Source: an uncultured Christensenellaceae bacterium
GTDB lineage: Bacteria > Bacillota > Clostridia > Christensenellales > UBA3700
Reading direction: 5' to 3'
Assembly: GCA_944380295.1 (NCBI GenBank)
Contig: CALWHE010000003.1
Location: forward strand, 96,057 to 160,056
Length of the DNA stretch: 64,000 nt
The stretch's first letter is position 1, and each line of letters starts with the position of its first letter. The notes below the pieces were generated by a model that saw only the letters and a program-made list of their open reading frames with translations, was not told the DNA's origin and did no database searches. The position numbers were made by a program, and so were the translations under genes. Positions 7,882 through 16,435 of this stretch are shown piece by piece.

Positions 7882-8102
7882 TTATATGTTTAGGCAAGAC
7901 TAACCGCCTGCGGAAAAGCGCCGCGGGAGCAGGCAGCCGCAGAAGGAAGGCGTAGCGTGCATGCCGCAAGAGCACGGCAGCCGCGGGCAGACGGGCGGAA
8001 AAGCGCGCCGAGCCGGGCAGCGCAAAAGGCGCGGCGGGGCGGCGGACAAGGACGTTTTGCGGCGCTCGGTTAGTTAAAACTAACCGACAAGGAGGAGAGG
8101 CG
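7882..8102 (+). promoter_or_regulatory. GC-rich ~215-nt 5' leader with alternative pairings (candidate cis-regulatory RNA or operator set)
   Basis: ACTAACCG occurs at 7899-7906 and 8079-8086, and its complement CGGTTAGT at 8067-8074. There is a 9-bp hairpin at 8066-8087 just before SD GGAGG 8091-8095. Internal helices: CTGCGG 7908-7913 / CCGCAG 7937-7942 and TGCCG 7962-7966 / CGGCA 7975-7979. Confidence 0.4.
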
Positions 8103-8546
8103 ATGGAAGAGGAAAAGGGCGCCGCGGCGGGCGCCGTGCCCGAATATAACGGCAGAGCGGGAAGGGCGCTCACCGCGCAGGCGGAGAGGGAGATGCAGAC
8201 GTTGGAGCTTATGCTCAAACTGTTCTGCCGCAAAAAGCACAAGTGCAAAGAGGGGCTGTGCGAAGAGTGCCGCGATCTTTTGGCATACGCGCGCTATCGC
8301 CGCAGTCTTTGTCCGTTCGGGGACAAAAAGACCTTTTGCTCAAACTGCAAAATACATTGCTATCTGCCGCAGATGCATGAAAAGATGCGCGCCGTGATGC
8401 GTTTTTCCGGTCCGCGCATGCTGTTTTATTCGCCCAAGGCGGCGCTTGCGCATGTGGCGGAAACGGTGCGCACGTCAAGGGCGCGCAAGAGAGAGGAAAA
8501 AGTGAAAAAAAGAGCGGCAAAAGCCGCAAAAGGAGCGGATAAATGA
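8103..8546 (+). CDS. Nitrous-oxide-stimulated-promoter (YgbA-like) family Cys-rich protein
   Basis: 147 aa. FCRKKHKCKEGLCEECRDLLAYARYRRSLCPFGDKKTFCSNCKIHCY (8 Cys, two CxxC) matches my recollection of the YgbA_NO family. Basic C-terminal tail. Confidence 0.7.
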   Translation: MEEEKGAAAGAVPEYNGRAGRALTAQAEREMQTLELMLKLFCRKKHKCKEGLCEECRDLLAYARYRRSLCPFGDKKTFCSNCKIHCYLPQMHEKMRAVMRFSGPRMLFYSPKAALAHVAETVRTSRARKREEKVKKRAAKAAKGADK

Positions 8547-9070
8547 AAAAGAAGGTTTTGACGGCGCTCATCGCTTTGGCGGCGCTCGCGGCTGTGCTCG
8601 CCGCCTGCGGGGACGGAGAGGAGAGCTTTTCCGGCACTGACGAACACGGCAGGGAATACGGCGCGGTCTGCGCGCTGGAAGCGGATTCTCCCGACGGGTG
8701 GTTCCGCGTGCCCGCCGCCTCGCATTCGGAGAGCGCGATGGGCAAGATGATGGTGGACACCACGCGTCTGGACTATCTGACCGTTATCAAAACGGGCGAG
8801 GAATATTCGCTCATCTATCACGCCACGAGCACGGATATGAACAACGTGCGCCTGGTCTTTGACGGCGAGGAGATGGCGGCGCAGACAGAAAAGTCGGGCA
8901 ACTTGGAAAATTACCGCTTTGACAAGCTCACTTACGAGCAGCTGAGCGGGGAGATAGCCGTGCGCGTTTATGTGGCGACGATGATGAAGAGGGATACGAA
9001 TTTCACGCTCACGCTCGATCTTGCGCAGGCGGTGCTCGTGCCGGAAGGGACGCAGGCAAAAGAGGTTTGA
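8543..9070 (+). CDS. Lipoprotein, function unknown
   Basis: ATGA overlap with the upstream gene. MKKKVLTALIALAALAAVLAAC lipobox. 175 aa. Confidence 0.7.
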   Translation: MKKKVLTALIALAALAAVLAACGDGEESFSGTDEHGREYGAVCALEADSPDGWFRVPAASHSESAMGKMMVDTTRLDYLTVIKTGEEYSLIYHATSTDMNNVRLVFDGEEMAAQTEKSGNLENYRFDKLTYEQLSGEIAVRVYVATMMKRDTNFTLTLDLAQAVLVPEGTQAKEV

Positions 9071-9071
9071 C

Positions 9072-10790
9072 ATGCTGGACAGACAACTCATTTCGCTCAT
9101 CGGCGAAGACAAAAAATATGTGGCGCTGGCGGTGCTCATCAATGTGTTTTCCATGCTGGTCAACACCCTCATCACCGCCGCCGTGTGTTATATCGTCTAT
9201 TTGGTTTACAGCGGGGAGAGAGGGATAAGTTACCTTCTGCCCGCGCTGACGGTGGTCTTGGGCGCGCTGCTGCGCTATCTGCTCATGCGCGCGTCGGGAG
9301 AGTGCGCGGCGCGGTTGGGCGGCAGCGTGAAAAAGACTCTGCGCGACAAGACATACGACAAGATAATGCGCCTGGGCGTGCGCTCTTCCGGGGACATGTC
9401 CGTTGCCGGGCTTACGCAGATCTCGCTTGAAGGCGTGGAACAGCTGGACACTTATTTTTCGCAATATCTGCCGCAGTTTTTTTATTCCGTGCTTGCGCCC
9501 GTGCTGCTGTTTGCCGTGTGCGCGTTCATCGATCTTTCCACCGCGCTCATCCTGCTCGCCTGCGTGCCGCTCATTCCCGTGTCCATCGTGGCGGTGAGCA
9601 AGTATGCGAAAAAGGTGTTTGCCAAGTATTGGGGCAGGTATACCAATATGGGCGACGCCTTTTTGGACAGCGTGCAGGGCTTGAAGGAGTTGAAGATCTT
9701 CCGCGCCGACGAGGCGCGTCACCGCAAGATGAACCAAAGCAGCGAGGAATTCCGCAAAATAACCATGAAGGTGCTGGTCATGCAGCTTTTGTCCGTCACC
9801 GTTATGGATCTGGTGGCGTTCGGCGGCGCGGGCGCGGGCATAGCCGTGGCAATATCCGCCGGGATCAAGGGGCTGGAACCTGCCAAAGTGCTGTTTCTCA
9901 TTCTGGTGGCGGCGGAATTTTTCCTGCCGCTGCGCGCGCTTGGCTCAGCGTTCCATGTGGCGATGAACGGCGCGTCCGCCGGGCGCAAGATCTTGCAGCT
10001 GCTTGCCCTGCCCGAACCGGAGTGGGGGAGCGAAAAGGTGGGGGATACCTCTCTGCGCCTGCAAGAGGTGAGCTTTGCCTACGAGGGCGGCAAACAGGCG
10101 CTGCAAGGGGTGAACATGAGCTTTCCCCGGCGCAGTCTGACCGCCATCGTGGGCGAGAGCGGCAGCGGCAAATCCACCTGCGTTTCCCTTATCACCGGCG
10201 CGTTGCGCGCGCAGAGCGGCAACGTGACCGTGGGCGGCGTGCCCGTGCAAAATCTGGACAGAGAGGACTATTACGCGCATTTGGGCGTGGTGTCTTACAA
10301 CACCTTTGTCTTTAACGCTTCCGTGCGGGAAAATTTCCTCATGTATGCGCCCCGCGCCACGCAGGAGCAGATGTTCGCCGCGCTGGAAGAGGTGGATCTG
10401 GCGGACTTTGTGCGCGCGGAAGGGGGCTTGGACAAGGTGATAGGGGAAGACGGCGTGAACATTTCCGGCGGGCAGCGGCAGAGGCTGGCGCTGGCGGTGA
10501 ATTTGCTCGCGCAAAAATCCGTATACGTCTTTGACGAAGCCACTTCCAACATAGACGGCGAAAGCGAAGCGCTCATCATGGCGGGGATAAGAAGACTGGC
10601 GGAAAAAGCCGTGGTGATACTCATCTCCCACCGCATGGCAAACGTGACCTGCGCGGACAATATCTACGTGTTGGACGGCGGGCGCGTGGCGGAAGAGGGC
10701 ACGCACGAACAACTCATGCAAAACGGCGGCGTTTACGCCCGCCTTTTTGCCGCGCAAAAACGGCTGGAACAAGGAGAAGAGGCGATATGA
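9072..10790 (+). CDS. CydD-family ABC exporter, fused permease-ATPase half-transporter
   Basis: N-terminal 6-TM domain. Walker A GESGSGKST, signature ISGGQRQRLALA, Walker B VYVFDEATSNID. ATG 9072 was chosen over the track start 9021, which overlaps the upstream gene in an Arg-rich frame. Confidence 0.8.
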   Translation: MLDRQLISLIGEDKKYVALAVLINVFSMLVNTLITAAVCYIVYLVYSGERGISYLLPALTVVLGALLRYLLMRASGECAARLGGSVKKTLRDKTYDKIMRLGVRSSGDMSVAGLTQISLEGVEQLDTYFSQYLPQFFYSVLAPVLLFAVCAFIDLSTALILLACVPLIPVSIVAVSKYAKKVFAKYWGRYTNMGDAFLDSVQGLKELKIFRADEARHRKMNQSSEEFRKITMKVLVMQLLSVTVMDLVAFGGAGAGIAVAISAGIKGLEPAKVLFLILVAAEFFLPLRALGSAFHVAMNGASAGRKILQLLALPEPEWGSEKVGDTSLRLQEVSFAYEGGKQALQGVNMSFPRRSLTAIVGESGSGKSTCVSLITGALRAQSGNVTVGGVPVQNLDREDYYAHLGVVSYNTFVFNASVRENFLMYAPRATQEQMFAALEEVDLADFVRAEGGLDKVIGEDGVNISGGQRQRLALAVNLLAQKSVYVFDEATSNIDGESEALIMAGIRRLAEKAVVILISHRMANVTCADNIYVLDGGRVAEEGTHEQLMQNGGVYARLFAAQKRLEQGEEAI

Positions 10791-12484
10791 AAAGTCAAAC
10801 GGAAGGCGTGCGCCAAAGCGGCGGCAGGATCATGGCAAGACTGATCGTCTTGCTGGGCAGCCTGTCTTATGTGATGGTATTTGCCGTGTTCAACGGCTTT
10901 TTGGGTTACGTGTGCGCCATGGGCGTGACCGTGTCCGGAGCCGTGGCGGTGGCAAAACTGCTGGGGGAGAGCGTAGCGCTCTCTTACGGCGCGCTCATGG
11001 GGATAGCCATAGGCTGCGGCGTGGCGCGCGGTCTGCTGCGTTACGTGGAACAGTATTGCAACCATTATATCGCGTTCAGGATACTCGCCGTGCTGCGCGA
11101 CAAGATCTTCGGCGCGCTGCGCAGGCTCTGCCCCGCCAAACTGGAAGGCAAGCAAAAGGGCGGCATCATCGCCACCATCACGGCGGATATAGAAACGCTG
11201 GAAGTATTTTACGCGCACACCATCTCCCCCGTGTGCATCGCGCTGAGCGTGTCTTTGGCGGTGTTTTTGTTCACGGGCTTTATCTCTTCGTGGTATATTG
11301 CGCTCACCGCGTTGGCGGGCTATCTGGTCATAGCCCTGCCGCTCCCGCTCATCTCCGCGGCAAAATTGCGCGCGCCGGGCGTGGCATACAGACAGGAGTT
11401 CGCCTCCTTCAACGCCTATTACATGGACAGCGTAAAGGGGGTGCGCGACGTGCTTTTGAGCGGCAGCGTCGGGGCGCGCGGCGAGGAGATAGACAGGCGC
11501 ACGCAGGCGCTCACGGAGAAAACGCGCCTTATCAAGCGGCTTTCTTCACGCGCGGGAGCGCTCACCGCGCTGACCATTTCCTTTTTCATCGCCGCAACTT
11601 TGGCGGTGGCGGCGGCGCTCACGCTCACGGGCGCGCTCTCCGCGGGACGCGCCGTGATAGGCATAGTGGCGGTGTTCGGCTCTTTCGGACCGGTCACGGC
11701 GATCGCCGCGCTGCCTTCCAACCTCAACCAGACGCTCGCCGGCGGCGACCGCGTGTTAAAGCTGCTCGACGAAGCTCCCGCCGTGCTGCCGATCGAGGGC
11801 GGAAGGGAGCCCGAATTCGACGAGGTGCGCACCCGGGCGCTCTGCTTTGCCTATGAGGACAAACAGGTGCTGCGCGGAGTGGACATTGCCGCAAAGCGCG
11901 GAGAAACGGTGGGGATCGCCGGCAGTTCCGGCTGCGGCAAAAGCACCTTTTTGAAGCTGCTTTTGCGCTTTTGGCACAGAGGCGGCGGAGAGATAGAGTA
12001 TGACGGCACGAGCATAGACGAGATAAACACCGCCGCGCTGCTGCAAAACGTGACCATGGTCAGCCAGAGCACTTATCTGTTCAACGAAAGCGTGCTGGAC
12101 AATCTGCTCATCGCCAAGCCGGACGCCACGCGCGCGGAGGTGGAAGAGGCGTGCGCCATGGCGGGCATACACGATTTTATCCTCACTCTGCCGCAGGGGT
12201 ATGACAGCCGGGTGGCGGCGCTGGGGGACAATCTCTCCGCCGGCGAACAGCAGCGGCTGGGGCTTGCCAGGGCGTTTTTGCGCGGCAGTAAGATCTTGCT
12301 GCTGGACGAACCCACCAGCAACGTGGACAGCGTGAACGAAGGGATCATCCTGCGCGCGCTGGAAAAACACGGCAGTGACAAGAGCGTTATCCTGGTGTCG
12401 CACCGCCTGTCCACGCTGTCGGCGGCGGACAGGATATACAAACTGGAAGGAGGAGTGGCGCATGAACAAAAAAAACCGTGTTGA
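10787..12484 (+). CDS. CydC-family ABC exporter, fused permease-ATPase half-transporter (partner of 9072..10790)
   Basis: ATGA overlap with the upstream gene. TM domain, then GSSGCGKST, LSAGEQQRLGLARA and ILLLDEPTSNVD. Confidence 0.8.
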   Translation: MKSQTEGVRQSGGRIMARLIVLLGSLSYVMVFAVFNGFLGYVCAMGVTVSGAVAVAKLLGESVALSYGALMGIAIGCGVARGLLRYVEQYCNHYIAFRILAVLRDKIFGALRRLCPAKLEGKQKGGIIATITADIETLEVFYAHTISPVCIALSVSLAVFLFTGFISSWYIALTALAGYLVIALPLPLISAAKLRAPGVAYRQEFASFNAYYMDSVKGVRDVLLSGSVGARGEEIDRRTQALTEKTRLIKRLSSRAGALTALTISFFIAATLAVAAALTLTGALSAGRAVIGIVAVFGSFGPVTAIAALPSNLNQTLAGGDRVLKLLDEAPAVLPIEGGREPEFDEVRTRALCFAYEDKQVLRGVDIAAKRGETVGIAGSSGCGKSTFLKLLLRFWHRGGGEIEYDGTSIDEINTAALLQNVTMVSQSTYLFNESVLDNLLIAKPDATRAEVEEACAMAGIHDFILTLPQGYDSRVAALGDNLSAGEQQRLGLARAFLRGSKILLLDEPTSNVDSVNEGIILRALEKHGSDKSVILVSHRLSTLSAADRIYKLEGGVAHEQKKPC

Positions 12485-13247
12485 AAATGCGGGAGAAGAA
12501 AAAGAACGCGCGCAAAGCGTTGAAAAAGTGAGCGCGGCGGACATAGACGAACTGCTCGGCGCAAGCGCGGAAGAGAGCGCCGAGAGTGAAGAAAAATCAG
12601 AGCAGGGGCGGGAAAACGCGCCAAAAGAGCAAGCGACGGAGCGCAAAAAATCGTTCGTCAAGGGCGGCGTGCGTTATGACAAAAACGGACGCGAGGCGCT
12701 CTTTCAGCCCTTCACGGTCAAAGACGTGGTCTTTCTTGCCGTCATCGGCGCGGCGGCGCTGATAACTTCCGCCGTCATGCCCCTGGTGGCGCAGATACCT
12801 ATTTTCGGTCTGCCGCAGTTGGTCACCGGTTTGCAGATGTCGCTCTTCCCCACCATCGGGCTGATGAAGGTGCGCAAGCCGGGCAGCGTGCTGCTGGTGG
12901 CGGCGCTTGTCTCCGTTTTGGAGCTGTTCATGGCGCCCGCCATGGGCGTGACCTCGCTGGTGTCCGCACTCGTCATAGAGGCGGTGAACCTCGCGCTCTT
13001 TCGTGGCTATAAAAAGGACGCGGCGTGCTTTGTCAGCGGCATGCTGATAAATCCGATGACGCTGCCTTTTTATTACTTATACTGCCTTGCCTTTGAAACC
13101 GGCTCCGTGTTTTTCCGCGCCGCCGGCGACAGCCCCTGGGTGGCGGTGGGAGTGTCTTTCGCCGTGCTCGCCGTGTGCGCGGCGGGCGCAGGCTTGGGCG
13201 TGCTCATCTCGCGGGAAATACGCAAAGCGGGGTTGATGAAAAAATGA
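12462..13247 (+). CDS. Putative ECF transporter S component (MptD / Trep_Strep-like) with a ~90-aa acidic N-terminal extension
   Basis: RBS GGAAGGAGG before ATG 12462. Hydrophilic E/S-rich N-terminus, then about 170 aa of multi-TM core ending in the basic motif SREIRKAGLMKK. Sits directly upstream of EcfT and EcfA-A'. Confidence 0.55.
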   Translation: MNKKNRVENAGEEKERAQSVEKVSAADIDELLGASAEESAESEEKSEQGRENAPKEQATERKKSFVKGGVRYDKNGREALFQPFTVKDVVFLAVIGAAALITSAVMPLVAQIPIFGLPQLVTGLQMSLFPTIGLMKVRKPGSVLLVAALVSVLELFMAPAMGVTSLVSALVIEAVNLALFRGYKKDAACFVSGMLINPMTLPFYYLYCLAFETGSVFFRAAGDSPWVAVGVSFAVLAVCAAGAGLGVLISREIRKAGLMKK

Positions 13248-13930
13248 CGGATCTCTTGCACGCCAAACGCCCCGTATATCCGCTCTTCGGCTTTGCCGCC
13301 GCGCTGATCGTCTTTGCCTGCGGGCTTGCCGCGGCAAAGCATTTTGAAACCATCTGGTATCTGTGCGGCGTGTGGGCATGGTTTTTGCTCTTCGGCTATT
13401 ACCGCAGCTGTCTGGCGCTCCTACCCGCGGCGGCGGCGCTTTGCGCCCTCTTTGCCGGGGTCACTTACGCCGCTTCTCAAAGCGTGGAGGAGGTGTGGAC
13501 GGCGGTGAGGCGCTGTCTGGCGGTGTGCCTCGCCGTTTTGCCGGGGATCTCCCTGCCGGCGGTCAAATTCACCCGCGCGCTCTCACGGCTTAAAGTGCCG
13601 CGCGCCGTTACGCTGGGCATGATGATAGTGCTCTCCTTCGCGCCCCTGCTGGGCAGGGAGATCAAGCGCATACGCGAGGCGATGCGCACGCGCGGCGCGG
13701 GCAGTCTGCTCTCTCCCAAAGTGCTCTACCGCGCCCTTTTGGTGCCCTTTGCCGCCAGACTGGTGAACATCTCGGACACCTTGGCGCTCTCCGTGGAAAC
13801 GCGCGGTTTTTGCACGGGGAAGGTCCCTTACACCGTCTATCACCCCGTCAAGGCGGGCGTGCGCGACGTGATATTCCTGCTCGGGTTGGTCGCGGGCAGC
13901 GTAACTTTGATGGTATTCTGTTTTATATGA
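13244..13930 (+). CDS. ECF transporter transmembrane (T) component, EcfT/CbiQ family
   Basis: ATGA overlap with the upstream gene. Polytopic, with the coupling-helix region LGREIKRIREAMRTRGAG typical of CbiQ/EcfT. Confidence 0.75.
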   Translation: MTDLLHAKRPVYPLFGFAAALIVFACGLAAAKHFETIWYLCGVWAWFLLFGYYRSCLALLPAAAALCALFAGVTYAASQSVEEVWTAVRRCLAVCLAVLPGISLPAVKFTRALSRLKVPRAVTLGMMIVLSFAPLLGREIKRIREAMRTRGAGSLLSPKVLYRALLVPFAARLVNISDTLALSVETRGFCTGKVPYTVYHPVKAGVRDVIFLLGLVAGSVTLMVFCFI

Positions 13931-15354
13931 CGGCTGTGGAATTGAAAAACGTGCGCTTTGCGTATAAAGAGGGCTTGACTGTGTTGGACGGCGTGGACTT
14001 TTTTGCCGAATACGGCAAGATAACGCTGCTCTCCGGCATGTCGGGAGAGGGCAAATCCACGCTGCTTTCACTGATCGCCGGCATCATTCCCAACATGGTG
14101 GAGGGAGAGTTGCACGGAGAGGTGACGGTGGCGGGCGCAAGCGTGAAGGAGATGAAAACGGCGCAGATCTGCCGCCGCGTGGGCTGCGTGCTGCAAAACG
14201 CGGAATTGCAGATAGTGTTCGACGTCACGGAAGACGAGGTGGCTTTCGGCTGCGAAAATCTGGCGATGCCGGAGCCGGTCATGGAAAGGCGCGTCGCCGC
14301 CGCCTGCGCCATGATGGAGCTTGATCCGCGCTCCAAAACGCGCACGCTCTCCGGCGGACAAAAACAGCGGCTCATCACCGCCGCCACCCTGGCGATGGGG
14401 CAGAAAATAATCGTGCTTGACGAGCCGCTCGCCAACCTGGACAAAGAGGGCACGCACACGCTGATGACGGCGCTCGGCAAACTCGCCGCGCGCGGCTATT
14501 GCGTGATAATTTCCGAACATCGCCTGGATATGGTCATGGCTTACGCGGACGAGGTGTGGAACATCGCCCGAGGCAAGGTGACGCGGGTGTGCGACAGACG
14601 GGCGTATTTTGCCGCGCAGGCGGAGGCGATCGTCAACACCTGCCCCGCGCCGGAGCAAAGCGCGCCGCTGCTTTCTCTGCGCGGCGTGGAAAAAAGCTTT
14701 GGCAAACGCCTTGTCTTAAAGGGGATAGACCTGGACGTTTTTGCCGGGGAAAGACTGCTCATTCTGGGACAGAACGGCTGCGGCAAAACCACGCTCATGC
14801 GCGTGCTGGCGCGCTTGGAAAAGGCGGACCGCGGAGAGATAAGACAGTTTATCGATAAAAAGGCGGGGCGCCGCGCGGGCAAACGCTGGTTTGCGCAGGT
14901 GGGCGTGGTGTATCAAAACCCCAATTATCAGCTGTTCATGCCCACCGTCCGCCGCGAGATAGAATTCGGCGCGCAGAGCAGGGAATACGCGCGCGAAATA
15001 ATCGAGATGTTCGACCTGCGCGAACTGGAAAACAGACACCCGCAATCGCTCTCCGAGGGGCAGAAGAGGCGCGTTTCCATCGCCGCCGTGGTCGCTTCCC
15101 GCCCCAAACTTCTGCTGCTGGACGAACCCACCGTGGGACAGGACCTCGCCGGCTTGCAACGCCTGACGAGCGTGCTCACGGAGATACACCGGCGCGACAA
15201 CAACACCATGATAACCGTCACGCACGATATGCGCCCCGCGCAGGCGCTGTGCGACAGAGCGGTGTTCATGGAAGCGGGCAAAATAGAGCGGACGGGCGGA
15301 AGAGAGGACGTGAAGAAGTATTTCGAGGCGTTCGCCCCGCCGGAAGAGCGCTGA
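13927..15354 (+). CDS. ECF transporter duplicated ATPase (fused EcfA-EcfA')
   Basis: Two ABC cassettes. First: GMSGEGKST / LSGGQKQRLITA / IIVLDEPLANLD. Second: GQNGCGKTT / LSEGQKRRVSIA / LLLLDEPTVGQD. ATGA overlap with EcfT. Confidence 0.85.
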   Translation: MTAVELKNVRFAYKEGLTVLDGVDFFAEYGKITLLSGMSGEGKSTLLSLIAGIIPNMVEGELHGEVTVAGASVKEMKTAQICRRVGCVLQNAELQIVFDVTEDEVAFGCENLAMPEPVMERRVAAACAMMELDPRSKTRTLSGGQKQRLITAATLAMGQKIIVLDEPLANLDKEGTHTLMTALGKLAARGYCVIISEHRLDMVMAYADEVWNIARGKVTRVCDRRAYFAAQAEAIVNTCPAPEQSAPLLSLRGVEKSFGKRLVLKGIDLDVFAGERLLILGQNGCGKTTLMRVLARLEKADRGEIRQFIDKKAGRRAGKRWFAQVGVVYQNPNYQLFMPTVRREIEFGAQSREYAREIIEMFDLRELENRHPQSLSEGQKRRVSIAAVVASRPKLLLLDEPTVGQDLAGLQRLTSVLTEIHRRDNNTMITVTHDMRPAQALCDRAVFMEAGKIERTGGREDVKKYFEAFAPPEER

Positions 15355-15517
15355 CGGGGCAAAGCAAGCGCCTTGCGCGCCGGCGATAAAAGCGCCGCGG
15401 CGGCAAAAGACGTTCAAAACGCTTTTGCGCAAGAAAAGCCTTCACCGGCGGCGCGGCGGGACGAGCGGAAAAGCCGGGCAAAAAACATTGTCTGCCCGGG
15501 GAGCGGGGCAGAAAAAA

Positions 15518-15540
15518 AGCGGCGTGCGCGCCGCTTTTTT
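15518..15540. terminator. Bidirectional terminator between the ECF ATPase and AraC genes
   Basis: AAAAAAAGCGGCG-tgcg-CGCCGCTTTTTT. Confidence 0.8.
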
Positions 15541-15556
15541 GCCGTTAAGGACAAGG

Positions 15557-16300
15557 TCAGTCTTCTTTTTCGCAAAAAGCCTTGGGGCTTACTCCGGAGA
15601 TTTTTTTGAAGACGCGCGAAAAGTAAAGCTGGTCGGTAAAACCGCACATTTCCGCGATCTCGTATATCTTGTAATTGTTGATGTTGCGCGAAAGCAGCAG
15701 TTTCTGCGCATAGTTTATGCGCGTGTGGTTGAGGAATTGCAGCGGAGAAATACCTTTTTCTTTAATAAATTGCCGGCGCAGATAATCCTTGCTCAGCGGT
15801 ATGTCGCGGTAGATCTCGTCTATGCAGAAAGAGGGGTCGGAAAAGTTGTCCACTATCATGTTCGCCATGTTCTCCACATGCTGCGAGTTGCCCGAAGTGC
15901 CGGAAAACGCGGACAGCATGTTCAGCAAAAGCTCCGTGAGCGAGATCATCAGTTTGGGCTGCTGCTGGATGTTGGTGTTGAAGTAACGGTAACACATGCT
16001 CATCACCGTGTAAAGGTCGCGGTGAGAGTTGTCGTCCAGCAGCTGCGGCGTTTTGAAGGGGGGCGTCCAGCCGGAAATCGTCATGTGGATGTTCTTAAAG
16101 CCGCGCTCGGACTGGTTAGCGTGCATCACCCCCGGCGGCACCAACACCAGCTGATGCTGCGTGTAATCCAACTCTCTGCCGTCTTCAAAGGTCACGGTGC
16201 CGTCGCCGCCCGTGCAATAGATGAATTCCCAAAAGTCATGCTTGTGCCGGGAAACTTCGTATGTGCGCAAATTCTTGCCCGAATAATTGATTATCGCCAT
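15557..16300 (-). CDS. AraC-family transcriptional regulator (cupin sensor domain plus HTH)
   Basis: 247 aa from ATG 16300 (RBS GAGGTGA). Cupin-like N-terminus (HKHDFWEFIYCTGGDG) and C-terminal HTH_18 (YEIAEMCGFTDQLYFSRVFKKISGVSPKAF). The 546-aa track ORF is an upstream over-extension. Confidence 0.85.
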   Translation of the reverse strand: MAIINYSGKNLRTYEVSRHKHDFWEFIYCTGGDGTVTFEDGRELDYTQHQLVLVPPGVMHANQSERGFKNIHMTISGWTPPFKTPQLLDDNSHRDLYTVMSMCYRYFNTNIQQQPKLMISLTELLLNMLSAFSGTSGNSQHVENMANMIVDNFSDPSFCIDEIYRDIPLSKDYLRRQFIKEKGISPLQFLNHTRINYAQKLLLSRNINNYKIYEIAEMCGFTDQLYFSRVFKKISGVSPKAFCEKED

Positions 16301-16435
16301 GTCGTCACCTCGCTTTTCCATAAAAATCATAGCATAAAAATCCCAAATTGTCCATACTTTTTTCACAAACATTATTTTTGCGCAAAAATGCGGCATATGC
16401 GCGCGCCGTGTGCTATAATAGGCTTGGAGAAAAAG

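Noticed and set aside
7882-8102. The leader as a known riboswitch class (TPP, cobalamin, FMN, ZTP, Mn, purine)
   Set aside because: I could not find the signature strings I recall for TPP (CUGAGA with ACCUGAUCUGGAUAAUGCCAGC-like), cobalamin (B12 box with GCCACUG), ZTP (GGGUCG...CCGCCUGGGC) or purine riboswitches, and I saw nothing recalling the FMN or Mn classes. It is kept only as an unclassified candidate, pending an Infernal search.
7757-8248. Minus-strand ORF 7757..8248 (163 aa) spanning the leader
   Set aside because: It is Ala/Pro/Leu/Arg-rich and has no RBS. It runs antisense through a strong plus-strand promoter and the start of the YgbA-like gene. This looks like a shadow ORF.
10747-11856. 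Plus-strand alternate-frame ORF 10747..11856 (369 aa, extremely Arg/Gly/His-rich)
   Set aside because: It lies out of frame inside the CydC-family gene, whose own frame gives a coherent TM domain. The composition is typical of an off-frame reading of GC-rich coding DNA.
9072-12484. The ABC pair as classical cydDC for cytochrome bd maturation
   Set aside because: No cydA or cydB is in the window. The pair is translationally coupled to an ECF importer module and to YgbA-like and lipoprotein genes. The family resemblance is kept but the functional label is not assumed.
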